A DNA stretch of 64,000 bases from assembly GCA_013265495.1 (NCBI GenBank), contig MU059537.1:186001-250000 (forward strand), read 5' to 3'. Of this stretch, positions 45,785 through 56,890 are shown in pieces. A model generated the notes under the pieces. It searched no databases, had not been told where the DNA came from, and was given only the letters and a program-made list of their open reading frames with translations. The DNA is from Vicugna vicugna (taxonomy: Eukaryota). Position 1 is the first letter of the stretch. The number at the start of each line of letters is the position of its first letter. The position numbers and the translations under genes are program-made.

Positions 45785-45880
45785 GTCCATCCATGATCGC
45801 ACTGCACCCTCACAATGCGCCTGTGGGCTGTTACTCTTGCAGCTGAGGAAACTGAGGCCCAGTGGGTGGATGGGAGGCGC
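45785..45880 (-). mobile_element. MIR fragment
   Basis: accctcacaatg...ttgcagctgaggaaactgaggcccag. Confidence 0.55.
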
Positions 45881-46849
45881 CCTTGGCTGGCGGGTGGCCT
45901 CTCAGCCCCGGGAGGGGGCTGTGCTCCTCCTCCAACCTCGAGGGCTGAGCAGGCGCCAGCTGCCCTCCTGCAGGGACATTCTGCGCCTCTCTCTCCGGCT
46001 CCGGTCAGTGAAGGTGTGCGGGGCCAGACAGACGAACAGAGCTCCCAGGCAGAGTGCTCCCAGCATGAGTCCCTGAGGGCTCGGCTGCACAGGGGCTCGT
46101 CGTCCCAGGGCTCCCGCCCGGCAGGCAGACTCTGCGCGGCCGGCGCTTTGCTCAGGATGGGAGAGGTCGTGTCCCAGCCCAGGAAGGGCTGCCCGGGTGG
46201 CATCCATTAGTGAAGGAGGTTTGCCGAGATGGGAGCTCAGTGTCTCCACCTTCACTGTCCCTTGTGGTCTCCTCCCACGGCCACCAACACTCTCCACCCC
46301 CACAGGTCAATTCAATCCAGCCGCAGGGTGATTAAATCAGGGTCCCGTCAGGCTGATGGATGAGCTGACTGGACTGGGCCTTTGGACAGAGTCCAGTGAG
46401 GATGGGCCTCGCACAGAATGCACAGTTGCTAAGTGTGTGTCTCCACCTTTGCGTGACAGCTGGGTGCTGTGGACTGTCGTTCCCTTCACGACCTTTGACA
46501 TCCACCGCTGGGTGCCGGCTACCATGCTCTGGACAGATGGGTCCCTGAGCTCCGAGCCCAGTGTCTGGGTAGGAGGGGCATAAAATCAACAAAACTGCCA
46601 GCAAGTGGCTGTAAGTGGTAGTGACGCCACAAAGCTGGGACAGAGGGGCATCTTCACGGCAACAGAGTTGGATGGCGGTCGGCTCAGCACACGTGGCTAC
46701 TGCGTGTCACGATAAAGTTGTAAGTGATGCCGTTAGACAGGAAGACCTGGGCCTGGCAACGATCTTTAACTATCAGCACAGATGCTTGGGTTTAATCTGG
46801 TGGATAATGGGAAAACGTGGCGATCAGAGAGGAGAGGTGGCTTATTACT

Positions 46850-47310
46850 AACCTTTTTATCCTCAGTAGCTGGCACATCTGGGCGCACCAGGGGCTCAGT
46901 TAATATCCACTTAATGGATAGTGAATGGATGGATGGCCAGATGGATGAAAGGATGGATGGATGGGTGGACTGATGGATGGATGTGTGGGTGGGTGGATGG
47001 AGATGGTGATGAAACTTAGGGGGTATGAATGAACAAATGGGTGGTGGATGGTGGAAGATGAATGGACAATAGTTGGAGGGAAAAGTGATGGACAGATGAA
47101 GGGATAGAAGACGGGCAGGTGTAGGTATGGATGCATGCTAGGGTGAAAGGGTGGGAAAGCAGACAATGGGTGGGTAGATGGATGAATGGGTGGATGGATG
47201 GATGAATGGGTAGATGAAGGGGTGGGTGGGTGCATGATGAATGGGTGATAACGCACGGATGGGCGGGTTGGCCAATGATGAGTGACAGATGGATGAATAC
47301 ATTAGTGAAG
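46850..47310 (+). repeat. L2 3' terminus followed by an expanded degenerate (GGAT)n tail
   Basis: tttatcctcagtagctggcac...gggctcagttaatatcc...tgaatggatggatgg, then about 390 bp of ggatggatgg/gggtgg. Confidence 0.85.
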
Positions 47311-49539
47311 CTTGGATGGGTGGGGGTGGACCCTGCCATCCCTGGAGCCAGCGTAGGTGGAGGAAAGGGGCTCTGGGGCTGGCACTTACCAGAGATGGTC
47401 ACGTCTCTTCCTAGAAGGGGAGTCAGTGAGCCTCCATTCAAATGCAGGCTTCTATCTCCATGCCGTGTCCTTTGAAGCCTAAATTCCTTCATAATTGTGT
47501 CCCTGCATATTTGGGATTAATCCACAGTTAGTGTCTTAAAATTTTTAATCACTAAAATGCTGTCAGGAAAGTCACTTAAGACTTGAGAAAGAGAGAGGAA
47601 GGGAGAGAGCGAGCGAGAGGGAGGGAAGGGAGGTGGCGGGGCGGGGGTGGCCCCACACTTCCCCTCCAGGCTGCTGGGGTGGGACCCCCGGCCCAGCAGG
47701 CTGGCTCCTGACCTGTGGAGCCTCTGTCCAATGGGTGCTCACTCCCCGGGTGTGAGCTGCCCCCGGGCCTGTCCCTGGCTGCGGCTGTGCCTCCGTCCCA
47801 GGAGCCCTGTCCCAGCACGGCCTCTGGCTGGTGCAGGACAGTTTCGTCTCCTGAAGACCTACTGTGAGCTCGCCGTCCGGTCCAGTGCCCAGCCACACCC
47901 CTGGCCCCCAGGGGGCCGAGCGTGTGCAGGAGCGCACAGGGTGAGAGCCGCGTCGGGCAGCCTCGGGAGAGGGAGAGCTGCCCGCCTGGGTGTTCGTGGT
48001 CAGTCTTGGAGTCTTGGTGCCCGCGGGGGCTTGAATCCCAGCTGTGCCCCTTGTGCCACCTCCCTTCTCTGCCAGGACGGCTCCCTGCTCCCCACTCCCA
48101 AGCTGGGCCCAGGGCCTGTCTGAGAGCGCACAGTGCTTGTAAGGCTGGCGGCCGGCCAGTCGGGGGACCGAGTGAGGTCACAGACCCCTGCGCCTGCCGG
48201 GAGGGACGGTGGGGCCGCAGGTGGACGGCCCGTGATGAGCCAAACCCCCAGGGATCCTGATTGTCTTCTTAGCTGTTCTTTGAATTCTTACTTAATTTTA
48301 TATGAAGTTTTATGCAATACTGACAGAAGTACCCAATAAGGTAATAGAGCGACCCTAGTGACCTGTGATAAGAGTCAATGAATTATGAGAAGTAACAGTT
48401 TAAATAAGCTGTGCTTTTAGAATGAAAAACAAGCTCTTGCCCTCAACAGCCCTGTGAGTGGATCGGGCCCGTCGCCCCACCGTCCGGAAGCAAGGGACTG
48501 AAGACAGGCTGCTTGACCCCACGTTGCTGGCAGGCGAGGACCAGAGCCGGCAGGCGAGGACCAGTGGCCGCATCACGGGCCACTGGTGCCCCAGCTCCTG
48601 CCCTGAAATGCCCCTCTGTCCTCGTCCTTGTCCTCTGGGGTCCCGCGGGCTTTCCCAGCCAGTGCCTGCCCTTCCTGCTGCCAGTGGCTGGCGAAGGGGA
48701 GGCCAGCCGCGGCAAGTGGTCGGATCGCACGAGTGTGTGATTTGCAAGGGCTGCATGTAATCGTGTTAATTAAAGTTTGACGGTTTGGGAGCGGCTCGCG
48801 GGTGGAGGGAGGACGTCCAGCTCAGGGCAGTGATGTGTTTAGCATTCGTGTGCCCCTGGCTGAGATACTCAGGGGATGGGGACCAGCCGTGTTCGTCTGC
48901 TGGAAAAGAGCAAACCCAGCATTTCCCTGAGCTGGCGGCCAGGCGGGGTGGCAAGGGAGAACTGTTGTTCGCTCCGGTGAGCCTCCGCAATGCCTGTCCT
49001 GCCAGGGGACATCAGGCCATTCGCACCTCCTATCTTTGCCCCAGATTGTCCCTGTCAGCCTGTCCCGGGCTGAAACTCTGGAGGCCCCGCCCTCAGCAGT
49101 GTGGCTCCCCCGGCTCCTGCCCACCCAACACTGCTGCCTGCCCCGTGCATGCAGATCCCGGAGTGGGGCTGGCCCAGGGTCCTGGCCCACACCGTTCCCT
49201 TGCCTCACCTCCTGCAACTCACGCCTCAGCCCCTCTCCTGGTCAGCTCAGGGTGACAAGTGGACAGGGCCTGTGGGCCAGTGGATGAGTACTGGCCGGCT
49301 GCAGCGCTGTGCTAAGAAAGATACCAAGGCTGCGTCTGGGCTCCGCGGAGGCTCTGTCCGCAGTGTCTGCAGGAGGAGGGCACGGCGCCGAGGGCCAGCC
49401 CCTTCCTGGCCTCCTCCCTCTCCAGTCTCTGGATCTCGCTTTCTTAGGATTGTGGGGTGCTTGAGATGGGCTCCGAGTCCAACAGGCATTTCTGTTTGCA
49501 GATTGCACCAGCCCCCAGAGAGGGGAGAGGCAGTCCAGG

Positions 49540-49700
49540 CTCCCCACGTGGGCACGAGCTTACAGGCAAGTGAGCAGGGAGGTCTCGTTGCCTTGATTCT
49601 GGACTTTCAGCCTCAGGTCGCGAGAGAGGAGACTTCTGTTGTTTAAAGATGCCCACTTTGTGGTAATTTTATGACAACCCTAGGAAATGCTCACCCCCTA
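49540..49700 (+). mobile_element. MLT1 LTR 3' fragment
   Basis: ccttgattctggactttcagcctc...ttctgttgtttaaagatgcccactttgtggtaattttatgacaaccctaggaaa. Confidence 0.7.
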
Positions 49701-50989
49701 CGGCCGTGGCGACCATCCGCAGGTCTGCCACAGCTTGGGGATGCCTGCCAGACTGGCCCTCACCACCTCCTGCTCACTTTGACAAGCAGGACCACTGTCC
49801 TCACCACAGCTCTGTCACTGGCACCATGTCACGTCCCTCTCGCACGTGGACAGCATGCATCTGATTCATGCCCTGGGCTGGGGGCTTCCTGTATCTCATG
49901 TGATGCCCACAGCAGCTTCAGAGAAAAGGTCGATGGCCTCTGTTTCTGATGCCACCGTTCTGCCTCCAAGAGGCACCACTGGGCTCCGTCTGCCCGGCGC
50001 TCCCGTCCCCCATCTGCCATCTGTCCCGGGGGCACCCACTCTCCTGGGCTGGGATGGCCACTGAGCGGGGTGCAGACTTGTCCCGTGTGTGGATACTGGG
50101 CGCTGGCTACTGTGGGGTGCAGGCGTCCATGCGCGACGGGGAGCCAGCGTTCTTTGCTCGGGGGGAGATACAAGCCCAGATGTGACAGAGCAGCATCATC
50201 GCACTGGACAGCTCCCTCGGATCCCAGATAAGCTGTCTGTCGGGCTGCTTCTCCAGTCACTCGCTATCTGGCTTTATTTCGCTGTAATAGCGGGGAAGAC
50301 GCAGTTGGTAATGACCCGTGACAGCTGCTGTATTGATGTTCCCAGGCTTGGGGAGAGAGAGAGAGCAAAAAGGAAAAAAAAACCACACTTGATAAAAGTA
50401 TGATTGAAGATTAATAGTTGTCTGGTGACGATTCACAATGAAACAGGCCGTAAAGAGATTACTTGTCTGCAGAGCCGAGTTGCTCTCGGCAGCAGGCTGC
50501 GGGGAAGCTGGCGTTTCAGAGCGGACACCGCCGGGCGGGGAGGGACGGGACTCCTCCGTGTGGGGCCACCGGACAGCCCCAGGGCTTGTGGTGATTTCAA
50601 GAGCCCTCAGCCAGGGACTTGGAAGATTTCCAGCCCGGGGAGGGCAGATGGAAATTGCTTTGGAACTATTTATTTATTTATACTCCACCATGTTTCAGAA
50701 AGGATTTAGAGAGGCTTAGAAATTGCTTTGTCTAAGAAGCTCCTGGTAATCCTCAAGACTCTTCCCAACGCGGGTGCAGCTGATTCTGGGCATCAGAGTG
50801 TTGGGAGGGGGAGGCTGAGCCAGGAGGCTACGCAGACAGTAAGGAACCTGGGTCCTGTTGAGTTGAAGGGTCCTCAATGTCATGAGGGTAACTGGGTGGA
50901 AAAGCCAGGGCTGAAGACACTCACCCACCGCCCCACCCCCATCCCTCCCTCCATCCGTGCATTCATTCAAACCCTGCGTTTCCTGTGAA

Positions 50990-51110
50990 CTTTTGTTCAT
51001 CAGAAGAAACCAAGAAGACTTGTTACAAACTGAGACAAGGTATCTGCTGCAAACATGAGCAAGGAAAGGTCAACGCCCAGAATACACGGAGGCAAACTCG
51101 CTCTGGTAAC
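50990..51110 (+). mobile_element. Old L1 (L1ME-like) fragment
   Basis: ttttgttcatcagaaga...gacaaggtatctgc...ccagaatacacggag resembles L1 ttctgttcatcaaaagac...atccagaatatataaag. Confidence 0.45.
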
Positions 51111-51419
51111 CCCAGACCAAAGGGGAGAATCGCGCGCTGGAGCCGCACAGGGGACACTCCCTTGGCCGGGGAAGACAGGAAGACAGGCTTCGTCCCGAGC
51201 ACCAGGGGAGGCAGGCCAAAGTCACTGAGGCTGTGACGCTGTCAGTTTCATTCGACAAAACTATGAAGTGGCGATGAGGTTTCCCCGAGCTGGGGCAGCA
51301 GGGGAACGGAAAACGCGGGGCGGGGAGTCAAGCCCGGGCGGGCGCTGCCGCGGCTCTGGCTGGCTGGGCGTCACGAGGGCTTACTACGTTTCACAAATAA
51401 CAGACCACAAGCCTAAGTG

Positions 51420-51845
51420 GGCTAGCTCCAAGGCGACCAGGACAAATCGGCACAGATCGGGCAGTTTAAAACAACAGGAACTCATTCCTGCCTGGCTCTG
51501 GAGGCCAGAAGTCTGCTGTCAAGGCGGCGGCCAGACGCGCTCTCTCTGAAATTCTTGCCTCTTCCAACCCCTGGTGGCTCCAGGGGTTTCTTGGCTGTGG
51601 CAGCGCCACTCCTGTCTGTGTTTCTGTCTTCACAGGGCCTCCCTCCTGGATGTCCCTCTGCGTCCTCTGTGTCTTATAAAAACAGTAGCCATTGAAATAA
51701 GGCCCCACTCTAAAGTTAGGGTCATCTCATTTTGAGTTCTTCAGTTACATCTGAAAATAGCTCTTTTCTGAATAAGGTCACATTCACGGTTTCTGGGGCT
51801 TAAGGCACGAACTTACCTTTGGGGATGCTTGTTACCCACTGCAGT
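51420..51845 (-). mobile_element. MLT1C/D LTR, near full length
   Basis: tttaaaacaacaggaactcatt...ctctggaggccagaagtc...tcttataaaaacagtagccattgaaataaggcccc...tctgaataaggtcacattcac. Confidence 0.8.
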
Positions 51846-52169
51846 GAGGAGGTGAGGAAACGGAGTGGAGCTGGGTGTGAACAGGGGCGGAAATGGATCA
51901 CGTGAGGAGCATTTGGGTTAATCTGGGGTCTTTTAAATCAGAACAACCACGTTAATGCAGCCTGGGCCCACGAGGGTCTGTGAGAGGGTGAGGGACTCCT
52001 GAGGGACTCTAGCCAAATTCCTGTGCTCAGGACCACCTGCCTGGCCGGAGCTGGGGTGGCCCCTAGGAGCCGGGTCTGAGGTCTCCAGTCCTCAGGGGCT
52101 GCTGCTCCCCTGGGGTTTCTGTGCACAGTGACAACAGCACCCAGCCCCCGCCCGGGAGGCCTTCTCCTG

Positions 52170-52570
52170 TGGGGTGTGAGTGCATGTGCAAGTGTGCACG
52201 TGTGTTTGTGGGCTGTGGGTGTGCAGGTGTGATATGTACACATGTGTGTTCATGTGCACACATGTGCCTGCGGGTGCATGTGTGCTGTGTGTACATGCAC
52301 ACAAGGCATACGTGTGCGTGATGTGCATGTCTGTGCACGTGTGTCTGTGTGTGAACGCGTGTCATGCGTGTACACATGTTCTCTGTGCATGTGTATGAGG
52401 TACATGTGTGATACATGCATGTCTGTGCCTGTGTTGTGTGCATGCATGTGCACACATGTTTTGTATGTGTGCCGTGTACATGTGTGAGAGGTGCATGTCT
52501 GTACTTGTGTACGTGTGCATCGTGTGTGCGATGGGTGCACGTGTGTGCACACCCATGTACGTGTGACGCT
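52170..52570. repeat. Degenerate (TG/TGCA)n-rich block
   Basis: About 400 bp of gtgtgcatgtgcacatgtgtg. Confidence 0.92.
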
Positions 52571-53496
52571 CACAGACGACGCATCAGGGTTCTCGGTGTG
52601 GGGAAGGAGGCCCCTGGCAGGATTCCGAGAAGCCGCGGCTCAGAGAGGTGGAGGTGGCTCCTGGTCCCTCGTGGGCTCCGCCGCCTCCTGACCCCGGTCC
52701 ATGGGCAGCGCTTGCTCTGCTCCGCTCCATCTCCCAGCCTCCTCTTCATTTATATTTCTTTGTTCTAGTTTATGAATCTTCATAAGCTGTCTTAAATCCT
52801 TTTTGAACAAGGCAGGGCAGAAAGAGATAAATAAATAAAAATCCCAAGCTGCCAATTTTAAGACGTCGTTCCCAGGGCCGCCTCGTTCCGGGAAAGATCC
52901 ATTTATTACCCCTGACAACCCCTCACCCAGGCCCTGGGCGCTTCTGGGCTCAGAAAAATGAGCTGGTCCTCATCGTCCTGCTAACATTTACAAAGTGTCT
53001 TCCAGGTCCTGACTCGGAGCAGGGGAGGTCGTCCCCCGCAGCTGGGGGTGAGGACGGGAGCCGGGGCCTGGGGGTCCCGGCCCGAGCTGAAGTGCGTGGC
53101 CTGGCAAGCAGCCGGCAGCTCCACGCCCACCAGGGATCCCAGGCAGGTATATGCAGCCCCGTCCCCAACAAACAACTAGCACCATCGAGAACCTAGTATG
53201 TGCAACCTGGGCGGGGGGCGCACAGCACAGAAACCGTCTCCTAGGAAACATTTGCTTCAGTCATGCACAGGCCTCCGAGCAATCACCTGCCTTCTGCTTC
53301 CCCAGCGCAGAGATCTTCAGAACGGGGCTCAGTTTTAGACGCTGGGGCCAGCAGGGCTCCCAGGCAGGGGAGAGCTCAGTGCTTGCTGACTGCTTGATCG
53401 ATTGATGGATTGGTCAGGAGACCAGGAAAGTCGTGCTGTTAAGTAGAAGCTGGACTAGAAAGCGAGCGAGTTTGCTCCTCCATCAAATAGACCAGG

Positions 53497-53530
53497 ATGC
53501 GTGTGTGTGTGTGTGTGCGCGCGCGCGTGT
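53497..53530. repeat. (GT)n(GC)n microsatellite, 34 bp of uninterrupted purine-pyrimidine alternation
   Basis: atgcgtgtgtgtgtgtgtgtgcgcgcgcgcgtgt. Confidence 0.95.
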
Positions 53531-54704
53531 CTGGACCAGCGTCCGGACTGGGTCACTTTCGCCCTTACACTGATGCTGTTTTTAGTGCCTCAGACGTAAA
53601 TCAATAGCCAGCTCCTTTCATTGTGAGAACAGTAGGAGAGTGAGCGTGCGTGAGTGTGTGTGTGTTGAAGGTGGGGCAGGTGACATTCGAGGCTTGGCTG
53701 AAACACATGCTCAGTGAACATCCACCGAGGGAGTAACTGAGAAGCTGGATCTGCGGGTAGTGGATGGGTGTGGGTTTTTGGTCACTGGGCTGCCCTTGGA
53801 ATTGACCTTGATGAGAGATCCGTGGTCCCATGGAAAGCACATGGGGTTAGACACTGGGCTCTGGTCCTGATCCTGGCGTTTCCTGGCCTTTCCTAGGACG
53901 ACTTAATCAGATCTTCTGTCCACCTAATGATGTTGCTGTAAGGACCAAATGTTTGCGTCTCAAAGCACAAACGCTCAAAAAGTTCAAATGGGTAACAAGG
54001 ACATCCCAGTCATTCTCTGTGCAGGATGAGGAACGGTGGACGCCAGTTAAAACCCACACGCATTCATCACGTTAGCGCGTGAAATACATCAACGGCAAGA
54101 GCAGGGAGCTGCGGTTGGGTGAGGGGGCCAGCGATGAAGCGGACAAGCCGTGGGGGGCTGAGGACTCCGGCTCCCCTCACCTGTGAAGTGAGGGGTCAGA
54201 CTCAGGGGCCGTGAGGTCAGGCCCATCAAGCTTGTGGGAACGAGGTTCCTTTTCATCCTGTACGGTCGGTGCCTCCTTTCACTGGAGTGGAGAGCCCGGA
54301 GAATCCGGCCCCAGGCACCTCCAGTGTATCCTCCCATACTCACCTCCCCCAGGGGACCGGCGAGGCTGGCCACCACTGCTTCCAGGTCTGCCCCCTCCTT
54401 CCACCTGGAGGAACGGAGGACGGAGAGCTACCTGGTGGGGTGACCTAAGGATGATAAAAGGCAGGTGGGATGCCGAGCACAGAGCCTAGAATGTCGGACA
54501 GAGTCGATGCCATAAAAGGGCTTCTGCACATTTTATCAGCAAGGATACGGTTGACAAGCCGTGGAGAAACGCAGAGTGGCCGGTGGTCCCCTGGGGGGGG
54601 CAGATAAAGCCATGGGCAGAGGGCGAGGCTTACTAGCCGCACAAACTTGGGAAAGCGTCCCGGACTCTCTGAGCCCTGGTTTCTTCGTCTCTAAAGCGGG
54701 CGTT

Positions 54705-55152
54705 GAATGTGGGTTGAAGTGTGTCCCCCTCCAAGCACACCCAAGCCGTAGCCCCAGGCACCCGGGGCGTGGCCTTTGGAAGTAGGTCTCTGCAGGTGGG
54801 ATTCAGATGAGGTCACAGTGGAGTGCGCTGGGCCGCCAGTCGGTGGGACTGGTGTCCTCACAAGAAGAGGGAAGTTTGGACACAGACACACACCCTGGTG
54901 CGAAGGCCGTGTGAGGTCCGGGCAGAGACTGGATGGGCGCAGCCACGAGCCCGAGACGCCAGGGGTGCTGTGAAGCCGCGGGAGCCGGGAGGAGGCGGAG
55001 AGCGACCTCTGCCCTGGGGCCTCCGGAGGGACCGCGCTTGCTGACTCCTCGATCTCAGACTGCTGGCCTGCAGACTGGGGGACAGTACATTTCTGCTGTT
55101 TGAAGCTGCCCCAGTTGTGGCACTTGCTGTGACAGCGCCAGGAAACTGGTGC
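54705..55152 (+). mobile_element. MLT1B/C LTR, near full length, GC/CpG-shifted
   Basis: tgtgggttgaagtgtgtcccc...tttggaagtaggtctctgcag...gatgaggtca...actggtgtcctcacaagaagagggaagtttggacacagacac...catttctgctgtttgaagctgccccagttgtggcacttgctgtgacagcgccaggaaact. Confidence 0.82.
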
Positions 55153-56450
55153 GTGGACTGCCAACCTCAGCCCCGCGGGAGACCCCCAGCCCCGCCGCGT
55201 GCAGCTTCTGATGGGAAGCGGTGCGCCTGTAGGAGCAATTTCTGCCGCGGCGGGGCTGGCGCAGCCGCTTGTGGGAGCAGGCGGCCCTCTCAAGTCCCCT
55301 CCCAGCGGGGTGGTCTGCAGAGGAACAGAGGGGTCCCAACCAGATGATAGCTTCCCCTCCCTCCTTAGCGTCTTACTCGCTTTTTCCCGTGATTGTCTAA
55401 TCACTCAAAAATTTACTCTGGTCAGAGAGAGAATTGGGGCAGGGAGAGGACGCCGCCGCGGCCCTCGGTCTGGGGGGTCGCGGAGGCGGAAGCGGACGAC
55501 CTTCCTCTGACGCGCCACGTGCAGCACGTGGAATGCACACAAGGCACCGCGACCGGGAGCAGGGCGCGCCGCGAGCCTGACGCCGGGCGGACCCCCACAG
55601 GGGGAGAAGACTGGCAGGCGGTGGGGACGAGGAGGGCGTGGCCCTGGGGCCCAGCTGTGTCTACGGTGACGAGATGCTGGGGGCGGGGAGCTCCGGGCTC
55701 CGCGGGGACGCAGAGTTGGGGAGGACATTTCACGGAGGGTCTCGCGCCACACGGGGCTGCGCTCTGCCTGTAGTCACCAGGGCCCCTCCTGGACAGCCGT
55801 GCGTGTGGACCAGGGCCTCGGGAAGCGCAAATCCCTGCTGTCCCAGAAACGGAGGTCACGGCCCCTGCTGGCTTGCGGGCTTGTCCTGATGGGAATTCGT
55901 TCTGCTCGGACCATGGAAAAGCCACAGCCTCTGGGTGCCCCCGGGATCTGGAAAGACTCTCCCAAGACCCCACGAGGGAGTTTCCACATTGTGTCCTAGC
56001 GCTTCTCCCAACGTTTTTCTTGGCTGTCAGACGTCGACTTTTAATTCTGTCACCGTGTCCAGGAGCTCCTGTCTCCCGTGCTAACCATACGACCTGGGGA
56101 CAAACTCAGGGGCCTCCGGAGAGCACGTGAGGCACGGACAGCGCGGGTGGTGAGGGGCCGGCAATGCGGCATGCGGCCGGGGCTCTGCGGTGACCTGCAC
56201 AGCGGCCGGAGAGGCAGGCGGAGGCGAGGCCGCTGGAGAGGGACCTTGTGAACAAAGCGCCCGCCCGTCCACGGCGCAGGGGAGACATGGCCCTGCTCCC
56301 TCATCGGCACTGCGGTGCCTCGGGCGTCTGGGATTCCCGGCGCTGCAGACACGGGAGCTTTTGCTCCCTTCAGGAAGGGACCGGAGGGACAGTTGCACTT
56401 CCCTCCCACGCGGTGGGGGCCACTTCGCAAGGGCTGGGTGACAGTAACAG
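55150..56450. promoter_or_regulatory. CpG-rich domain (CpG-island-like)
   Basis: Dense CpG by eye (gggcgcgccgcgagcctgacgccgggcgg, ggcatgcggccgggg); not computed. Confidence 0.5.
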
Positions 56451-56699
56451 ATGGGGGAAAACGGCCTCAGGGAGGTGCTTTCTTCCCACTCCCGGAGCAG
56501 AAGGTAACATTTGCTTGTTCTGCTCAGGTCGAATTACCGTGTTAATTATTCAAGAGATTGAATGTGATCCCACCAGAATCCGCATACCGGATCCAAGGGG
56601 GAACCAGAAACAAAATCGATGGGTCCAAAGGCCTTGGCAGCTAATGAATAATTAAGTGTCCTCCCGCTCAGAGTTTAACTGAGAAAGAGCAGTTTACAC

Positions 56700-56890
56700 G
56701 ATGTGCAGACAAGACAGATGAGGGAGAGAGCGCTAATGGATGGATGGACAGTAGATAATCGAATGGCAGCTTGAGATGACAGACTGACAGAGGGAAGAGA
56801 GACAGGATGCTAGCTAGCTAGCCGGCTGGATGATAAACCAAACGGCAGACCGACAGACAGACAGAAGCTAGACAGACAAAAGAGAGAGGC
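56700..56890. repeat. Degenerate (GACA/GATA/GATG)n tetranucleotide block
   Basis: gacagactgacagag...gcagaccgacagacagacagaagctagacagac. Confidence 0.8.

Noticed and set aside
46900-47256. His/Pro/Ser-rich ORF
   Set aside because: It translates the (GGAT)n block.
52063-52768. Cys/His-rich ORFs resembling metallothionein or zinc fingers
   Set aside because: They translate a TG/CA-rich simple repeat, with no regular C2H2 spacing. The same applies to 44384-44996.
54691-55404. 237-aa minus-strand ORF
   Set aside because: It runs through an MLT1 LTR whose stop codons were probably lost by GC drift.
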